DNA of 64,000 nucleotides from the human T2T-CHM13v2.0 reference genome, Homo sapiens. This document shows, piece after piece, positions 34,760 through 50,752 of the stretch. The notes beneath the pieces are model-generated. The model saw only the letters and a list, made by a program, of their open reading frames with translations, ran no database searches and was not told the DNA's origin. Each line of letters starts with the position of its first letter. Position 1 is the first letter of the stretch. The stretch spans positions 35,328,001-35,392,000 of the forward strand of contig CP068257.2 in the NCBI GenBank assembly GCA_009914755.4, in the 5' to 3' direction. A program made the position numbers and the translations under genes.

Positions 34760-35290
34760 CACTCACGGGCCTGAGTCCCCCGTGGAAGCGGCGACTTCGG
34801 CACCTGGACACCCGAGTCCCCAGAGCCCCGGGCGGCCGCGCGTCCCTACCTGCAGGCCTGATACCGGCCGCGGAGCGCTCCTGGCCCCGCTCCCGCCAGG
34901 CTCCGGGACCGCTGAAACGCACCCAGGGGGGTGAAGGCGTAGTCGCCAAGGACAGCGCAGATGGCAGCGGAGGCATGGGAGCCGGAACCTACCGTGGCAA
35001 AGGGCCAGGTCGGGACGCCCCTCGGCGCAGCCCCAAATCCTGCCCGCGCCCCAGCCCCGCTCAGGCCGCGCCCCTGCCACCTCTGGCCACACGGGCTGAG
35101 ACGTCTGGCTCCTGCACAGCGCACTTCCCGCTGCCCTTCTCCACTGGCTGCTCAGGCCCTGCCTCGCCAGCACGGCATCCGTCCGCGGGGGATCCCTACC
35201 TGTCCTTTAGGGCTTGCCTCATAGGTCAAACGTCACCTCCCAGGGAGGTATGGCCTGCCCCCTAGCCAGGTGGGCCCCTTCCACGCTCGC
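34760..35290. promoter_or_regulatory. CpG island
   Basis: GC- and CpG-rich with no repeats. Minus-strand candidate donors CAG|GTAGGG are at + coordinates 34845-34856 and 35196-35204. Confidence 0.7.
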
Positions 35291-35607
35291 CTGCAACACC
35301 ACCCACCCACCTTGATAACTGCTTGTAAAGGTTGTACTGCTTTCCCCCTTGAGACTGCAAACCTTCAAGGGCAGGAAATGGGTCTGTTTTCCTGGCAAAA
35401 TAATGAAGTTGGCTTAAGGTTTTGCTGAATAAAATGAGTGACAGACAAAAGTAGCCAAATTTGGCACTCCTGATGGGTTATTTGATGAAGGAGGTGCAAT
35501 GTATGGGCTTAACTAGTTATTCTGGATTTCTTTCCCCATGTTACTCCTCCCTAATTCTGATGAGGAACTGAGAGCTGAATCTATTAATCTATTAACTCTT
35601 AACCTTC

Positions 35608-35912
35608 CTTTTTTTTTTTTTTTTTTTTTTTGAGACGGAGTCTCACTCTGTCACCCAGCCTGGAGTGCAGTGGCACGATCTTGGCTCACTATAACCTCCG
35701 CCTCCCAGGTTCAAGTGATTCTCCTGCCTCAGCCTCTTAAGTATTGGGATTACAGGCGCCCGCCACCATGTCCAGATAATTTTTGTATTTTTAGTAGAGA
35801 CAGTGTTTCACCATGTTGGCCAGGCTAGTCTCAAACTCCTGACCTCAGGTGATCCACCCACCTCAGCCTCCCAAAGTGCTGGGGTTACAGCTGTAAGCCA
35901 CTGCATCCGGCC
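35608..35912 (-). mobile_element. Alu SINE
   Basis: A 22-nt poly-T and rc-Alu. TSD ttaaccttcctttt is on both sides. Confidence 0.93.
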
Positions 35913-36956
35913 TTAACCTTCCTTTTCTAAAGGCACTACCAGACTTCTCCTGCTACCCTAAGGATGGAGTCCTAATTCTGCCACTGGAACCCTGAATGCT
36001 TCACTTTCAGCACAAAAATTTCAAGCAAAGACTTGCAGCCTCTCCTTCTCAGTTTAGGGGAATGGGGGAATTCTTTAATCTGTGGTGGGACACACATGAT
36101 GTTAATTAGAATACTCTCTCCCAAAGAGGAGGAAATAAATAGGAAAATGAATCAAGTCTGATGCCCGGGAAGTGTTTATGGATGTTGTGCAGAATAGCCC
36201 TACCACAAAGAAAATTTCAAATGAGACATCCTATCACTGCTGGGGTTTCTCATAACACAAGAGCTGAGGCTAGGTATGGTTGTTTTTTTTTTCTTGCTTT
36301 ATAAGAATATTATTCAATAAGCAGATTTCCAAGCCTTGCATTCTTTCTATTCAATGTTTCTAAGATTCACACATACAATTTCGCAAAGCTGCATTTTATT
36401 CATGTTCACTGCTATCTAATATTCTATTTGTGATCATATCCTACTTTGTTTAGCCATTCTCCTGGGGATCAACATGGGGTTATCTCCAGTTTGTTTCCTC
36501 TAACAAATAATATTGTTCTGAACATCCACTCGTCTCCTGGAGCCCCTGGGCAAGCATTTCTCTGGGTGTGGACCCATTACTACACCAGGCATACGTCCAG
36601 CAAGCTAATTAATGTGCAGAATTAAGAGATAATGCTAAACTGTTTTCCAAAGCAGTTATACCAATGTACACTCCCATTAAAAGTGACTTTTGTTTTTGAC
36701 TCAGTATTTTTCAGGTCAAACACATTTTCCTTTCAATTTTAGATTTATACTGATTTTCACAAACTGTCTTGGAGAATTATGAGGTCCTCAAACACAAAGC
36801 TTCATATTGTGGTTCTTAGTCAAGAAAATCTCCTAGAGGCAATGATCCAGCTAATTACAGATCCCCTATTGTCCACGTCTAAATTTACGCATTGTAGCTG
36901 GGATTAGACCCATGAATCCTAGGACAATGCCAGGGGTGTCATTAACTTAAAAACTC

Positions 36957-37270
36957 TGGCAGGCCAAGTGCAGTGGATCACGCCTGTAATCCTAGCACTT
37001 TGGGAGACCGAGGCAGGTGGATCACGAGGTCAGGAGTTGAAGACCAGCCTGGCCAAGATGGTGAAACCCCATCTCTACTAAAAATACAAAAATTAGCCAG
37101 CCATGGTGGCACGCACCTGTAATCCCAGCTACTCGGGAAGCTGAGGCAGAGAATTGCTTAAACCCAGAAGGCGGAGGCGGAGGTTGCAGTGAGCCGAGAT
37201 TGTGCCAATGCACTACAGCCTGGGCGACACAGCGAGACTCCGTCTCAAAAAAAAAACAAAAACAAAAACA
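36957..37270 (+). mobile_element. Alu SINE
   Basis: Starts ggccaagtgcagtggatcacgcc. The tail is aaaaaaaaaacaaaaacaaaaacaaaaaaa. TSD aaaactctggc. Confidence 0.9.
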
Positions 37271-37436
37271 AAAAAACTCTGGCGTAAGCATGGTGTGGAG
37301 AGTGTCTGCAGTGATATGAGAATCCTGGGCACAACAGCATAAGCAGCTGCCTTCAGAATCTACCGCTCTTGCCTCCCACGGTCCATACAACCTCTTCTTT
37401 ATTTTCTTCTTTTTTAATGTTTGTTTATTTATTTAT

Positions 37437-37732
37437 TTAATGAGACAGAGTCTCACTCTGTCACCCAAGCTGGAGTGCAGAAGCACGATCTTGGCTCACT
37501 GCAACCCCCGCCTCCTGGGTTCAAGTGATTCTCCTGCCTCAGCCTCCGAAGTAGCTAGGACTACAGGTGCCCACCACCACACCCAGCTAATTTTTGTATT
37601 TTTAGTAGAGATGGGGTTTCACTATGTTGGCCAGGCTGGTCTCGAACCCCTGACCTCAAGTGACCCGCCCACCTCGACCTCCCAAAGTGCTAGGATTACA
37701 GGCACGAGCCACCGCGCCCAGCCTGTGAAGGC
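37437..37732 (-). mobile_element. Alu SINE
   Basis: rc-Alu from gagacagagtctcactctgtcacccaagctggagtgcag to …cacgagccaccgcgcccagcc. Confidence 0.92.
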
Positions 37733-37769
37733 TTTAATAGCAACAATCCTTATAAAAATGATTTTTTTG

Positions 37770-38062
37770 GCCGGGCGCAGTGGCTCACGCCTGTAATCCC
37801 AACACTTTGGGAGGCTGAGGCGGGCAGATCACGAGGTCAGGAGATCGAGACCATCCTGGTTAACATGGTGAAACCCAGTCTCTACTAAAAATACAAAAAA
37901 TTAGCCCGGCGTGGTGGCGGGCACCTGTAGTCCCAACTACTCAGGAGGCTGAGGCAGGAGAATGGCGTGAACCCGGGAGGCAGAGCTTGCAGTGAGACGA
38001 GATGGTGTCACTGCACTCAAGCCTGGGTGACGCAGAGAGACTCCGTCTCAAAAAAAAAAAAA
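37770..38062 (+). mobile_element. Alu SINE (young, near-consensus)
   Basis: The sequence ggccgggcgcagtggctcacgcctgtaatcccaacactttgggaggctgaggcgggcagatcacgaggtcaggagatcgagaccatcctgg is almost identical to the consensus. Poly-A tail. Confidence 0.93.
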
Positions 38063-38063
38063 A

Positions 38064-38351
38064 TTTTTTTTTTTAAGACAGGGTATATCACAGGCTGGAG
38101 TGCAGTGGTGCTATCATAGCTCACTGTAGCCTCAAACTCCTGTGCTTAACTGACCCTCCTGCCTCAGCCTCCCAAGTAGCTGATACTATATGCACAAACC
38201 ACCATTGCCTGCTAATTATTTTTGTATTTTGTATAGAGATGGGTTCTTGCTATGTTGCCCAGGCTGGTCTCGAACTCCTGGCCTCAAACGATCTAACCAC
38301 CTTTGCCTCACAAAGCCCTAGAATCATATACATAAGCCACCACACCTGGCC
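38064..38351 (-). mobile_element. Alu SINE (older), minus
   Basis: Poly-T, then rc-Alu from gacagggtatatcacaggctggagtgcagtgg to …aagccaccacacctggcc. TSD aa(a/g)aatgattttttt flanks this Alu and the adjacent Alu together. Confidence 0.88.
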
Positions 38352-38394
38352 AAGAATGATTTTTTTAAATTGGAAAATTTTAAATGTTCAATAA

Positions 38395-39045
38395 GGAACA
38401 TATTAAGCAAACTGTGGTAGAGTAGTCCCCCCTTATCCACAAGGGGTATGTTCCAAGACCCCCAGTGGACGCCTGAACCCTATATATATTGTTTTTTCCT
38501 ATTACTTACCTATGACAAAGTTTATACGTTAGGCACAATAACAAATTAACAACTAATAATAAAATAGGGTAATAATAAACTAATAATAAAATTAAATAAA
38601 GTAAGAATGACTAGAACACAAGCACTGTGATACCACAACAGTCGATCTGATCACCAACAGAGCTACTAAGTGACAAATGGGAGAATCTGCTGGACAAAGA
38701 GATGATTCGTGTCCCAGGTGAGACAGAACAGGAAGGTGTGAGATTTCATCATGCTGTTCCGAACCGCACACAATTTAAAACTCATGAATTATGTTCTCAC
38801 TTCTAAGTGGGAGCTCAATAATGTGTACACATGGACACAGAGAGTGGAATAACAGGCATTGGAGGCTCAGAAGGGTGGAAGGGGTGAACAATGAGAAATT
38901 ACTTAATGGGTACAATGTACATGATCAGGGGTGATGGCTGCACTCAAAATCCAGACTTCACCACTTCCCAATATACCCATGTAACAAAACAGGGGCACTT
39001 GTACCCTCTAAATCTATCAAAATTAAATAAACAAATAAATCTTAT
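38395..39045 (+). mobile_element. LINE-1 3'-end fragment (older primate L1 subfamily)
   Basis: The terminal block …ctcacttctaagtgggagctcaataatgtgtacacatggacacagagagtggaataacaggcattggaggctcagaagggtggaaggggtgaacaatgagaaattacttaatgggtacaatgtacatgatcaggggtgatggctgcactcaaaatccagacttcaccac…cccatgtaacaaaacaggggcacttgtaccctctaaatctatcaaaattaaataaacaaataaa matches the L1 3' UTR end. The upstream segment (…tccacaaggggtatgttccaagacccccagtggacgcctgaaccc…) resembles older L1 3' UTRs. Confidence 0.6.
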
Positions 39046-39527
39046 GAAATGTTCTGGAATGTTCCATTTTATATTTTCTTTTTCTTGTTTTTTTTTTTTC
39101 ATTTAATATTTTCAAACTGCAGTTGGCCACAGGTAACTGAAACCTTGGAAAGCAACAGCACAGCTAAGGGGACAATTACTATATATCCATTCAGTGGTAC
39201 AAAGTATAACTTTCTTTCCAGAACCATTTGAGATTAAATTGCAGAAACCATGACCCTTCACCCTAGTACTTCAAGCTGTATTTCCTAAGAACAAGAATAT
39301 TTCTCCAACATAACCACACTGCAATGATCAGATGCAGAAAATTTAACACTGCAATATTCAGATTCAGGTATCAGCATCCATCCAATGCTAATAACTGCTA
39401 TTCACATTTAGTCAATTGTCCCAAATAACATTCTTGCTAGCAGTATTATTTTTCCCAATGCAAGGACACACATGTCATTTAGCTGCCATGTCTCTTTATT
39501 CCCTTTTAATCTGGAATAGTTCCTTAG

Positions 39528-40027
<500 letters not shown>

Positions 40028-40214
40028 TCAATTTGTGTTTGTCTAATGTTTCCTAAATCCAATTCAGGTTATGCATTTTTGGCACAGGATGTCAGTTCAA
40101 ATTGATGACGCTGACTTTGTTCACATGGTTAAGGTGGTTTCCAGAAGAACCACTATAAAGGTTCCTTGTATATGTTTGTAATTCATACGTAATCTGTGGA
40201 GTGAGGCTTTGGCA

Positions 40215-40565
40215 TCTTATTCCCCAGTGCTATGGTTTGAATGTATTCCCCAAGTGCATGTGTTGGAAATGTAATCCCCAGTGCAACAGTGTTGAGAGGT
40301 GGGTGATTTGGTCATAAAGGCTCTGCTGTTATTGCGGGAGTGGGCTCCTGATAAAGGGATGAGTTTGGCCCCTTCCTTTCTCTTTCCCTTGCTCACCCTC
40401 TTGCCCTTCTGCTTTCCACCATGAGATGATGCAGCCAGAAGGCCCTCACCAGATGTGGCTCCTCAATCTTGGACTTCCCAGCCTCCAGAACCATAAGGCA
40501 AATACATTTCTGTTCATTATAAATTACCCAGTCTCAGGTATTCTGTTACGGAAGCATAAAACAGA
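40215..40565 (+). mobile_element. MaLR LTR (THE1/MST-like) solo LTR
   Basis: Starts tatggtttgaatgtattccccaagtgcatgtgttggaaatgtaatccccagtgcaacagtgttgagaggtggg…ggctcctgataaagggatgagtttggcccc… and ends …ccagaaccataaggcaaatacatttctgttcattataaattacccagtctcaggtattctgttacggaagcataaaacagaccaag. Confidence 0.75.
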
Positions 40566-40613
40566 CCAAGACACCCAGTAAGCGCCCACCTGAATGAGTC
40601 ATGACTGTGTTAG

Positions 40614-40941
<328 letters not shown>

Positions 40942-41550
40942 TAACGTTTTCTGTATGATTAGTCAAATGCAGTAGTGAGAAGGGGGAAAAGAATAAAACA
41001 AAGAGTTCAATCTGTAACTGACCATGAACAATCAATTGAGATAACTTGCTACCTTCAGACTAGCCAACTTTTCCAACTCTGTTGTTCCTTCAGCAATCAT
41101 TAGCTGGCATTCTCCTCTTCTACCTCTGTTTATGTATTTGTTGGTAAGTTTATTTGCTTTTTAGTATGACTCTGGACTCATGGATTCTCTTTTATTCAAC
41201 GTGATAATTCATTATTGCCATTATTAATTTTGATATTCAAATTGTTCCAGGTTTGGCCACTGGAGCCCCATCAAGCTGACCCCTGTGTCCTTCTGACCTG
41301 TCTCTATCATTCTTTGAGCACCTCCTTGTGTTTTGAACAAGCCGCTCCTGACTCATCGTTGACCTTCCCTCCCCTTCCCACAATGAGCCATTTCTCCTAG
41401 GAGCTCTGACTCCTTTTAATGGACAATGGTATTTAGAAAACAAGATATGGGCATGAGGAATGCTCATTGCTACTTGGGTGGCCCTGCTCCCCAGCTCTCT
41501 CAGCAGACAGATCTTAGAAATAACTCAAGTCAAAATGAAAAGCAGGACAG

Positions 41551-41874
<324 letters not shown>

Positions 41875-43261
41875 CTATAAAGGTTCCTTTTTTATCTTTG
41901 TAATTAATAAGTAATCTGTGGAATCTCTCATTCCAATTCATGGAGCTCTTCTTTGCCTTCCTTCACTCCATATTTTTATCTTTCTTCTCTCATAGTGAGG
42001 ATCCCAGCTCCCAAGAATATCATTATATTTACTTATTTGTTTAATCCTACAATACACAGAAAATATTTTCAGAATTGCTATACCAGATCACTACCAACTA
42101 AGTGAAGTACAAAATTTCTTTGTAGTTTTGTTTGTTTACACACAGGTGGATAGTCAAAGAGCTGTGTTCAAAGTTATTTGAGTTTGCCTTTCTATGACTA
42201 ATTTACTATGCAGTTTAGCTCATTTGTTCACTTCTGTTTGTATTCAATTTTAGGTTTCCTTTCCCCCATCTTATGTTGATTTAGTTTTTCTTTTTAAATA
42301 CTAAAACATTAACATGTTTTGAAAAGTCAAAACTGCCCCCAAAAAAGGTATGCCTGGAGATGTGTCATTTCCTCTTAGACTTTCACCCCATTCTCATCCA
42401 CCCACTGCAAGTAGCCAATTTATTAGTTTCTAGTTTTTTCTTCCTAGGTTTCTTTTTTCCCTTTTCTCTTTTTCTTTCCAAAAATAAGGAGATACTTGAA
42501 TGTTTCACACAAAAAGTAGCCTAACACAGTACTCTCTGTTTAACTTTTGTTCACTTCCTAGTACTGTATACCCTAGAAATCACTCCACATCAGTTCAGAG
42601 ACCTTCCTCACTGTTTTTTATACGTGCATTGTGTGGATGTACCAGGGTTTATTCACCCAATTGCCTATGTATTGGCACTGAAGTTGTTTCCAAAATTTTG
42701 CCATTGCAAACAATGCTGCAATGAGTGACCTTGTACATATATACACTTTTATACTGGTGTAGGCGTTTCTCCAGAGTAAATTCCTACCTGTAGAATTGCT
42801 GGGTCAAGGGGTAAATGCATATGTAGTTTTGTTAAACAATGCTAAATGTTCCTCTCTAGGAGTTGGACCATCTTGCATTCCCACCAGCAATGTATGAGAG
42901 CATCTGTTACCCCACAGACTGTCCTGTTGCTTTGCACTTAGCAACGGGATCAGTTAGAACCGTGATGGTATCTCAGAGTACCCTGCATTTCTCCTCCTAT
43001 GGGAGAAACGGAACATCTTTTCATTGAAGGGCCAGTTTTATGTCATTTTTGTGCAGATTGTCAGTTCATGTTTTTTGCCTATTTGGTCTTTGCTTCCCTC
43101 AATGTTTGAGTTATTTACATACTTGGGATCTTAACCCTTTATCTGTGATAGATGTTGCAAATATTTTTTCCCAGTTTGACATCTGTCTTTAATCAATGGT
43201 AGGGGATTTTTTTTTCTTTTTCCTTTTAATTTTATTTTATTTTATTTATTTATTTATTTAT

Positions 43262-43843
<582 letters not shown>

Positions 43844-43879
43844 CCAGCTTCCGTTTTTTAATGTTATTATGTATCAGTC

Positions 43880-44900
43880 TTTTTTTTCCGGGCACTTAGG
43901 CGCTGGGTCATTAGGAAGCCTTTCCCCACACGCAGGTCCTAGTCAACCGTGCTTTTTAGCGGCGAGTAGGCCCTGCGGCTCTGCCCCTAACATGGGCGCG
44001 GGGCACGCGGCCAGGGGCCCGTGGGAGGGGGACAGGGCGCGCGAACCCAGGTTCTCAGGCCGCGTCGCCGCGCGTGCGCACTGACAGCCGGGCCGAGCCA
44101 GCCCGGGTCCCGCAGGGAAGAACGCCAGCGGCGCGCGGAGGCCGCGCTGCCCTGGGCCGCGAGGTCCCTATGGCTGCCCCACCGGAAGCCCCGCCCCCTT
44201 CTGGCAGCTGGAGGCGGCTTTCCGGCCGTCCCGGCTGCAGCCCCGAGGCCTCGACTCAGGAGACGGCTGTTCCCTGGCAGAGGCTCGCGGTGGACTGCCT
44301 GACCCTCGCCCGGCCCCAGCACGCCCCCGGCGAACGCCCACCCCTGTCCCGGCCCGCAGCGCCCCGACTTACTTCTGAGGCCGAAACGCGGCCGCTCCTG
44401 CGCCGGGTGGTCGCCCGCGAATCCCTGCCGCGCCGCGCTGCGCCCTCTCGTGGCCCGCCTGGTGGTGCAACTGGGCTCTCTGCGCAGGGCCGCGGGGCCG
44501 CCTGGCCTCCTCCTGCCCTGGCCGCGGTGCCGCGCGCTCGGGAACGCGGGCCTTTCGCCGCTAGCCAGCTTCTGCCTCTCGGCCACCTGTCCTCTCTCGC
44601 CCACGCTGCCTGGGAGGCGCGCTTCTGCCGCCTTCTTGCCGCGCTCGCTCTAGCCTCGCCCACTCCTGCGGCCTTACAGGGCCGAACCTCACCCTGCCCT
44701 GCGGAAGGCAGGCCTACACCTTCCCTCCGCGCCTTCCTCCCTGACCGGCACCAAACACCACGTTGCCCTTTCCAGCATCGACGACCTATTCCCCAGTTCT
44801 CTGACACCAGCTGAATTAGCGCGAAACTACTGGTTAAGGGATTAGCCCAGGGAGACTGCCCTCCCTTCGCCAGCCACAAGCGGGGTGCCCAGAATGCCCG
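43880..44900. promoter_or_regulatory. CpG island (probable promoter / non-coding first exon)
   Basis: About 1 kb GC- and CpG-rich unique sequence. A minus-strand consensus donor (rc of …gacttacttctgagg gives cctcagaa|GTAAGTc) lies at + 44367-44372. Confidence 0.7.
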
Positions 44901-46342
44901 CATTTCTACCCTGCCCACTAGAAACTGAGGGATTGCCACAGCTCCCGTGAGGTTCAGCAATTCCCTGGGACGACACAGAACTCAGGGAGACACTTTACTG
45001 TTAGAAGATTATTGTAAAGAACACAACTCGGTAACAGCCGAGTGCAAGAGATGCGCAGCACGGGGGGTGAAGGGCGGGAGTGCTGTCCTCACAGCACCTC
45101 TGTGTGCCCACCTGCCTGGAAGCTCTCCGAACCCTGTTTAAGAGATTTTTATCCAGGTTTCATTATGTCATTGGCCATTAGTGATTGAATTCAACCTCCA
45201 GCCCCTTTCCCTTCCCGCAAGAGGAGTAGGGACATGTTGGAGCTGAATGAAAGTTACAACCCTCTGATCACATGGTGTGTTGCACCAGCCCCACCCTGAA
45301 TCCATCCTAGAGCCCGCAATTAGCCACCTCATTAGTAGAAACTGTGATTTGACTAAGGGAGTCATTATGAATAACAAAAACACTCCTATTGCCTAGGAAA
45401 TTCCAAGGGGTTTAGGAGTTCTGTGTCAGGAACTGGGGACAAAGACCAAATAGATTTTTTATACCAAACTCCCTAAACCAATAACCCAGTTTAATCGTGA
45501 GAAAAACATCAGACAAATCCCAGCAGAGGGACATTGTACAAAATAGCCAACCTAAAATCGGTCAAGGTTGTGAATGTGGTCAGAATCAAAATGGTGGAGT
45601 CATTTGTGTTAAAAGAGAGAGAAAAAAAAAATGACAAATAGAGCTGGGGAAAGCCATGAAGAGGATTCTTGTTCCTAAATGCGTGATGTCACAAATGCTC
45701 ATAAAAGATCAACACTGTCCACAGAGGCCATGTCAGCCTTCCCAAAAGAAGATTCCTGCCAGGACATCTGCCCAGCAATAGCCTGTCCAACTTCAGACTG
45801 GTATCACCCTGATCGATACTTGTAGCTGAGGCTAATTATCAAAAACAATATGTAATCCTCCTCATTTTTTCTTTAAAAATCTTGGTCTTCCTTTACCTCC
45901 CTGAATTTCACACACATAGCTTAAAATGGCCCACATGGCTCCATTGCAATGCCCTGTTCCCAAATAAATACCATTTTCTTTTAGAGAACCTCTCTGTTAT
46001 GGAGGTTGACAAGGTCACCAAAACCAAAGAGAGTGTGAGGAACTGCCTCAGCCAAGAGGCATCTAAGGAGACATGATGGTTAAATGTAAGTGGTGTCCTA
46101 GATGGGATCCTGGAACAGAAAAAGGACATTGGTAGAAAATGGAGGAAATTTAAATAATGTACCAATAATATCAATAATATAACGTACCAATGTTGGTTTA
46201 TTAATTGTTAACAAATGTGCCATACTAATGTAAGATACAAATATGAGGAAACTGGTTTATGGGAACTCTCTGCACTATCTTGCAAATTATCTGTAAATCT
46301 TAAACTATTCTAAAAATAACGCTTTAAAAAAAAATTAGAGCT

Positions 46343-46790
<448 letters not shown>

Positions 46791-47219
46791 AACAATTACA
46801 AAGATTTAAAAGCCCTTCAATTTTGAGGATCCACCTTCTTTAAACAGCAGAGGGAGAAAGTGTATAAATTGAGTGACATTCACTGGAATTAGGAGATCCG
46901 GAGTGGAAATTTCCAGAGAAATTCCAAAAATCCTGGTGAGAAGAAAGGAATAGCCATAGCAGGCCCTGAGAATACAGAGCTTCCTAGCCAAGTCAAATCC
47001 GTCCCATCCTTCTCCCACCTCCACTCCCCCTCCCCTGGCACCAAGGGGGTCAGCAGAGGGAGCAGAAACCTTCAGCCACTCCCCTTCCTGCAGACCAGCA
47101 GCCCCAGCCCTGACCACAGCTGGCTGGCCTTGGAATGAAGCTTGAAGGACTGATAAATACCTGGGACTGGACGTACTAGTTTCTGAATTGAGAACAAGTT
47201 TGTGATTTAAAGTGATCTT

Positions 47220-47525
47220 GGCCGGGCGCAAATGGCTCACGCCTGTAATCCCTGCCCTTTGGGAGGCTTAGGCGGGCAGATCACCTGAGGTCGGGAGATT
47301 GAGACCAGCCTGGCCAACATAGCGAACCCCCGTCTCTACTAAACATACAAAAATTAGCCAGGCATGGCGGCTTGCGCCTGTAATCCCAGCTACTCAGGAG
47401 GCTGAGACAGGAGAATCACTTGAGCCCAGGAAGTGGAGGTTGCAGTGAGCCAAGATCTCACTACTGCACTCCAGCCTGGGCAATGGAGCAAGACTGCATC
47501 TCAAAACAAACAAACAAACAAATCA
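47220..47525 (+). mobile_element. Alu SINE
   Basis: Starts ggccgggcgcaaatggctcacgcc and has an (AAAC)n tail. TSD is aagtgatct / aagtgactct. Confidence 0.9.
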
Positions 47526-48370
47526 ATAAAGTGACTCTAAGATTGTCCCCAACCTAACATGAGCAGAAACGTTTTGGGTCTGTGTTATGAGTTCAATTGT
47601 ATCCTCCTAAAAAAGCTATGTTAAAGTCCTAAATGCTCGCATACCTGAGAATATGACCTCCTTTGAAAACAAGGTCGTTGCAGATGTAATTAGTTAAGAT
47701 GAGGTCACACTCACCTAATATGCCTGGTGTCTTTGTGATAATATGGACATATGGCGACAGAGGGACTGGGAGAATGCCACGTGACAACAAAGGCAGAGGC
47801 TGGCCCAATGCTGCAAACCACCGAAGCAAGGAAGAAGCGAGGAAGACTTGAGGAAGGATCCCCCACAGGTTTCAGAGGGAGCACAGCCCTCCTGCCACTT
47901 TAATTTTGAACTTCTAGGCTCAAGAATTGCGAGACAAAATTCTGTTGTTTTAAGGCACCCCGTTTGTAGTACTTTGCTGCAGAGGCCCTGAGAGTCCAAT
48001 TCAGCCCTATTAGCTTTTTCATCCGGGGCAAGTGAAGATACTCTCTACTGGATACAGATAGAGATGGTAGAAGATAAAGCTGTGTTTCTCACGTCCTGTG
48101 AGTTATGCATGCAAGGTACCAGTTACTCAACTGTCCTGTGGACTAAATCTCTTTAAGGGACTAAGGGAGCTTACCAGGCCCCTGGTAAGGAGGCCTAGGC
48201 CCATAGGTGGTACCAAAGCAAAAGGGACCTAGCACAGTGGTGAAAAACTCCAGCATACCTTCTGGGAACTTGCCCTGCAGATACGGTCATCTGTGTGCAA
48301 AATGGTGTATGTGTGTACAAGGTTATTCACTGAGGCATTGTTTGCAATAACAGAAGGTTGGAAACCACTA

Positions 48371-49478
<1,108 letters not shown>

Positions 49479-49611
49479 GAGGAAGCAAGAAAGAAAAAGA
49501 GTAAGGGACCTGTTTGTATACTAATAGAGAAATAGAAATATCTGGAATACAGTAACCTCCCTTTTGTGTAAAAGGCAGGGAGGCTGATAAGAAAATAATA
49601 TAACTGTATTT

Positions 49612-49979
<368 letters not shown>

Positions 49980-50347
49980 CTATCAGTACACAGCCAAGGG
50001 TGAAATAGGCCATGGCTAGAAGTGAACAAAGTTATTTACTCACAGAAAATGGGCAGTGGGCTAGGCATATTTACTCATCTTTATTTCAAACGTTAGAAAA
50101 GAATTCCTGTACATTTCTAGGAGCCATAGATGCCCAGGATACCAATGCTTTTACTTCCTCACATTCTTCATGCTTCTGTAGCCGCAGAGCAAAATATAGA
50201 TAGTGTTTTCTATAGGTACACTATAAGAACCCAGAGAGGCAGAGGAAACTGGATGGGTCTGAATTCCAACCCATCAGAACAGAAGCTAAGTTTCAGTGTG
50301 ACCCACAGCCTGACTAGTTTTCATTCAGGATTGGTCTTTCAGTTCCA

Positions 50348-50640
50348 GGCCGGGAGCATGGTGGCTCATGCCTGTAATCCCAGGACTTTGGGAAGCTGAG
50401 GCGGGAGGATCAATTGAGTCCGGGAGTTTGAGACCAACTCAGGCATTATAGTGAGACTCCATCTCTACAGAAAATTTAAAAAGTAGGCATGGTGGTACAT
50501 ACCTGTAGTCTCAACTACTTGGGAGGCTGAGGTGGGAGGATCTCTCGAGCCAAGGAGGTCGAGGCTGCAGTAAGCCATGATGACACCACTGCACTCTAGC
50601 CTGGGTGACAGAGCGAGACCCTGTCTCAAAAAAAAAAAAA
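50348..50640 (+). mobile_element. Old Alu (AluJ-like)
   Basis: Contains ccgggagcatggtggctcatgcc…gtgacagagcgagaccctgtctcaaaaaaaaaaaaaa. Confidence 0.88.
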
Positions 50641-50721
50641 AAGAGAGAAAAAGAAAAAAATGAGTTCCACATCTTGCTCGCAGCCCATTCTCTATGAATT
50701 GAGAGATGACAGAAGATGACT

Positions 50722-50747
<26 letters not shown>

Positions 50748-50752
<5 letters not shown>

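Noticed and set aside
43987-44960. ORFs of 205-246 aa on both strands in the 44-kb CpG island.
   Set aside because: Same GC-rich low-complexity pattern. The start of the + strand ORF (MAAPPEAPPP…) is in a weak Kozak context and has no recognisable fold-like sequence.
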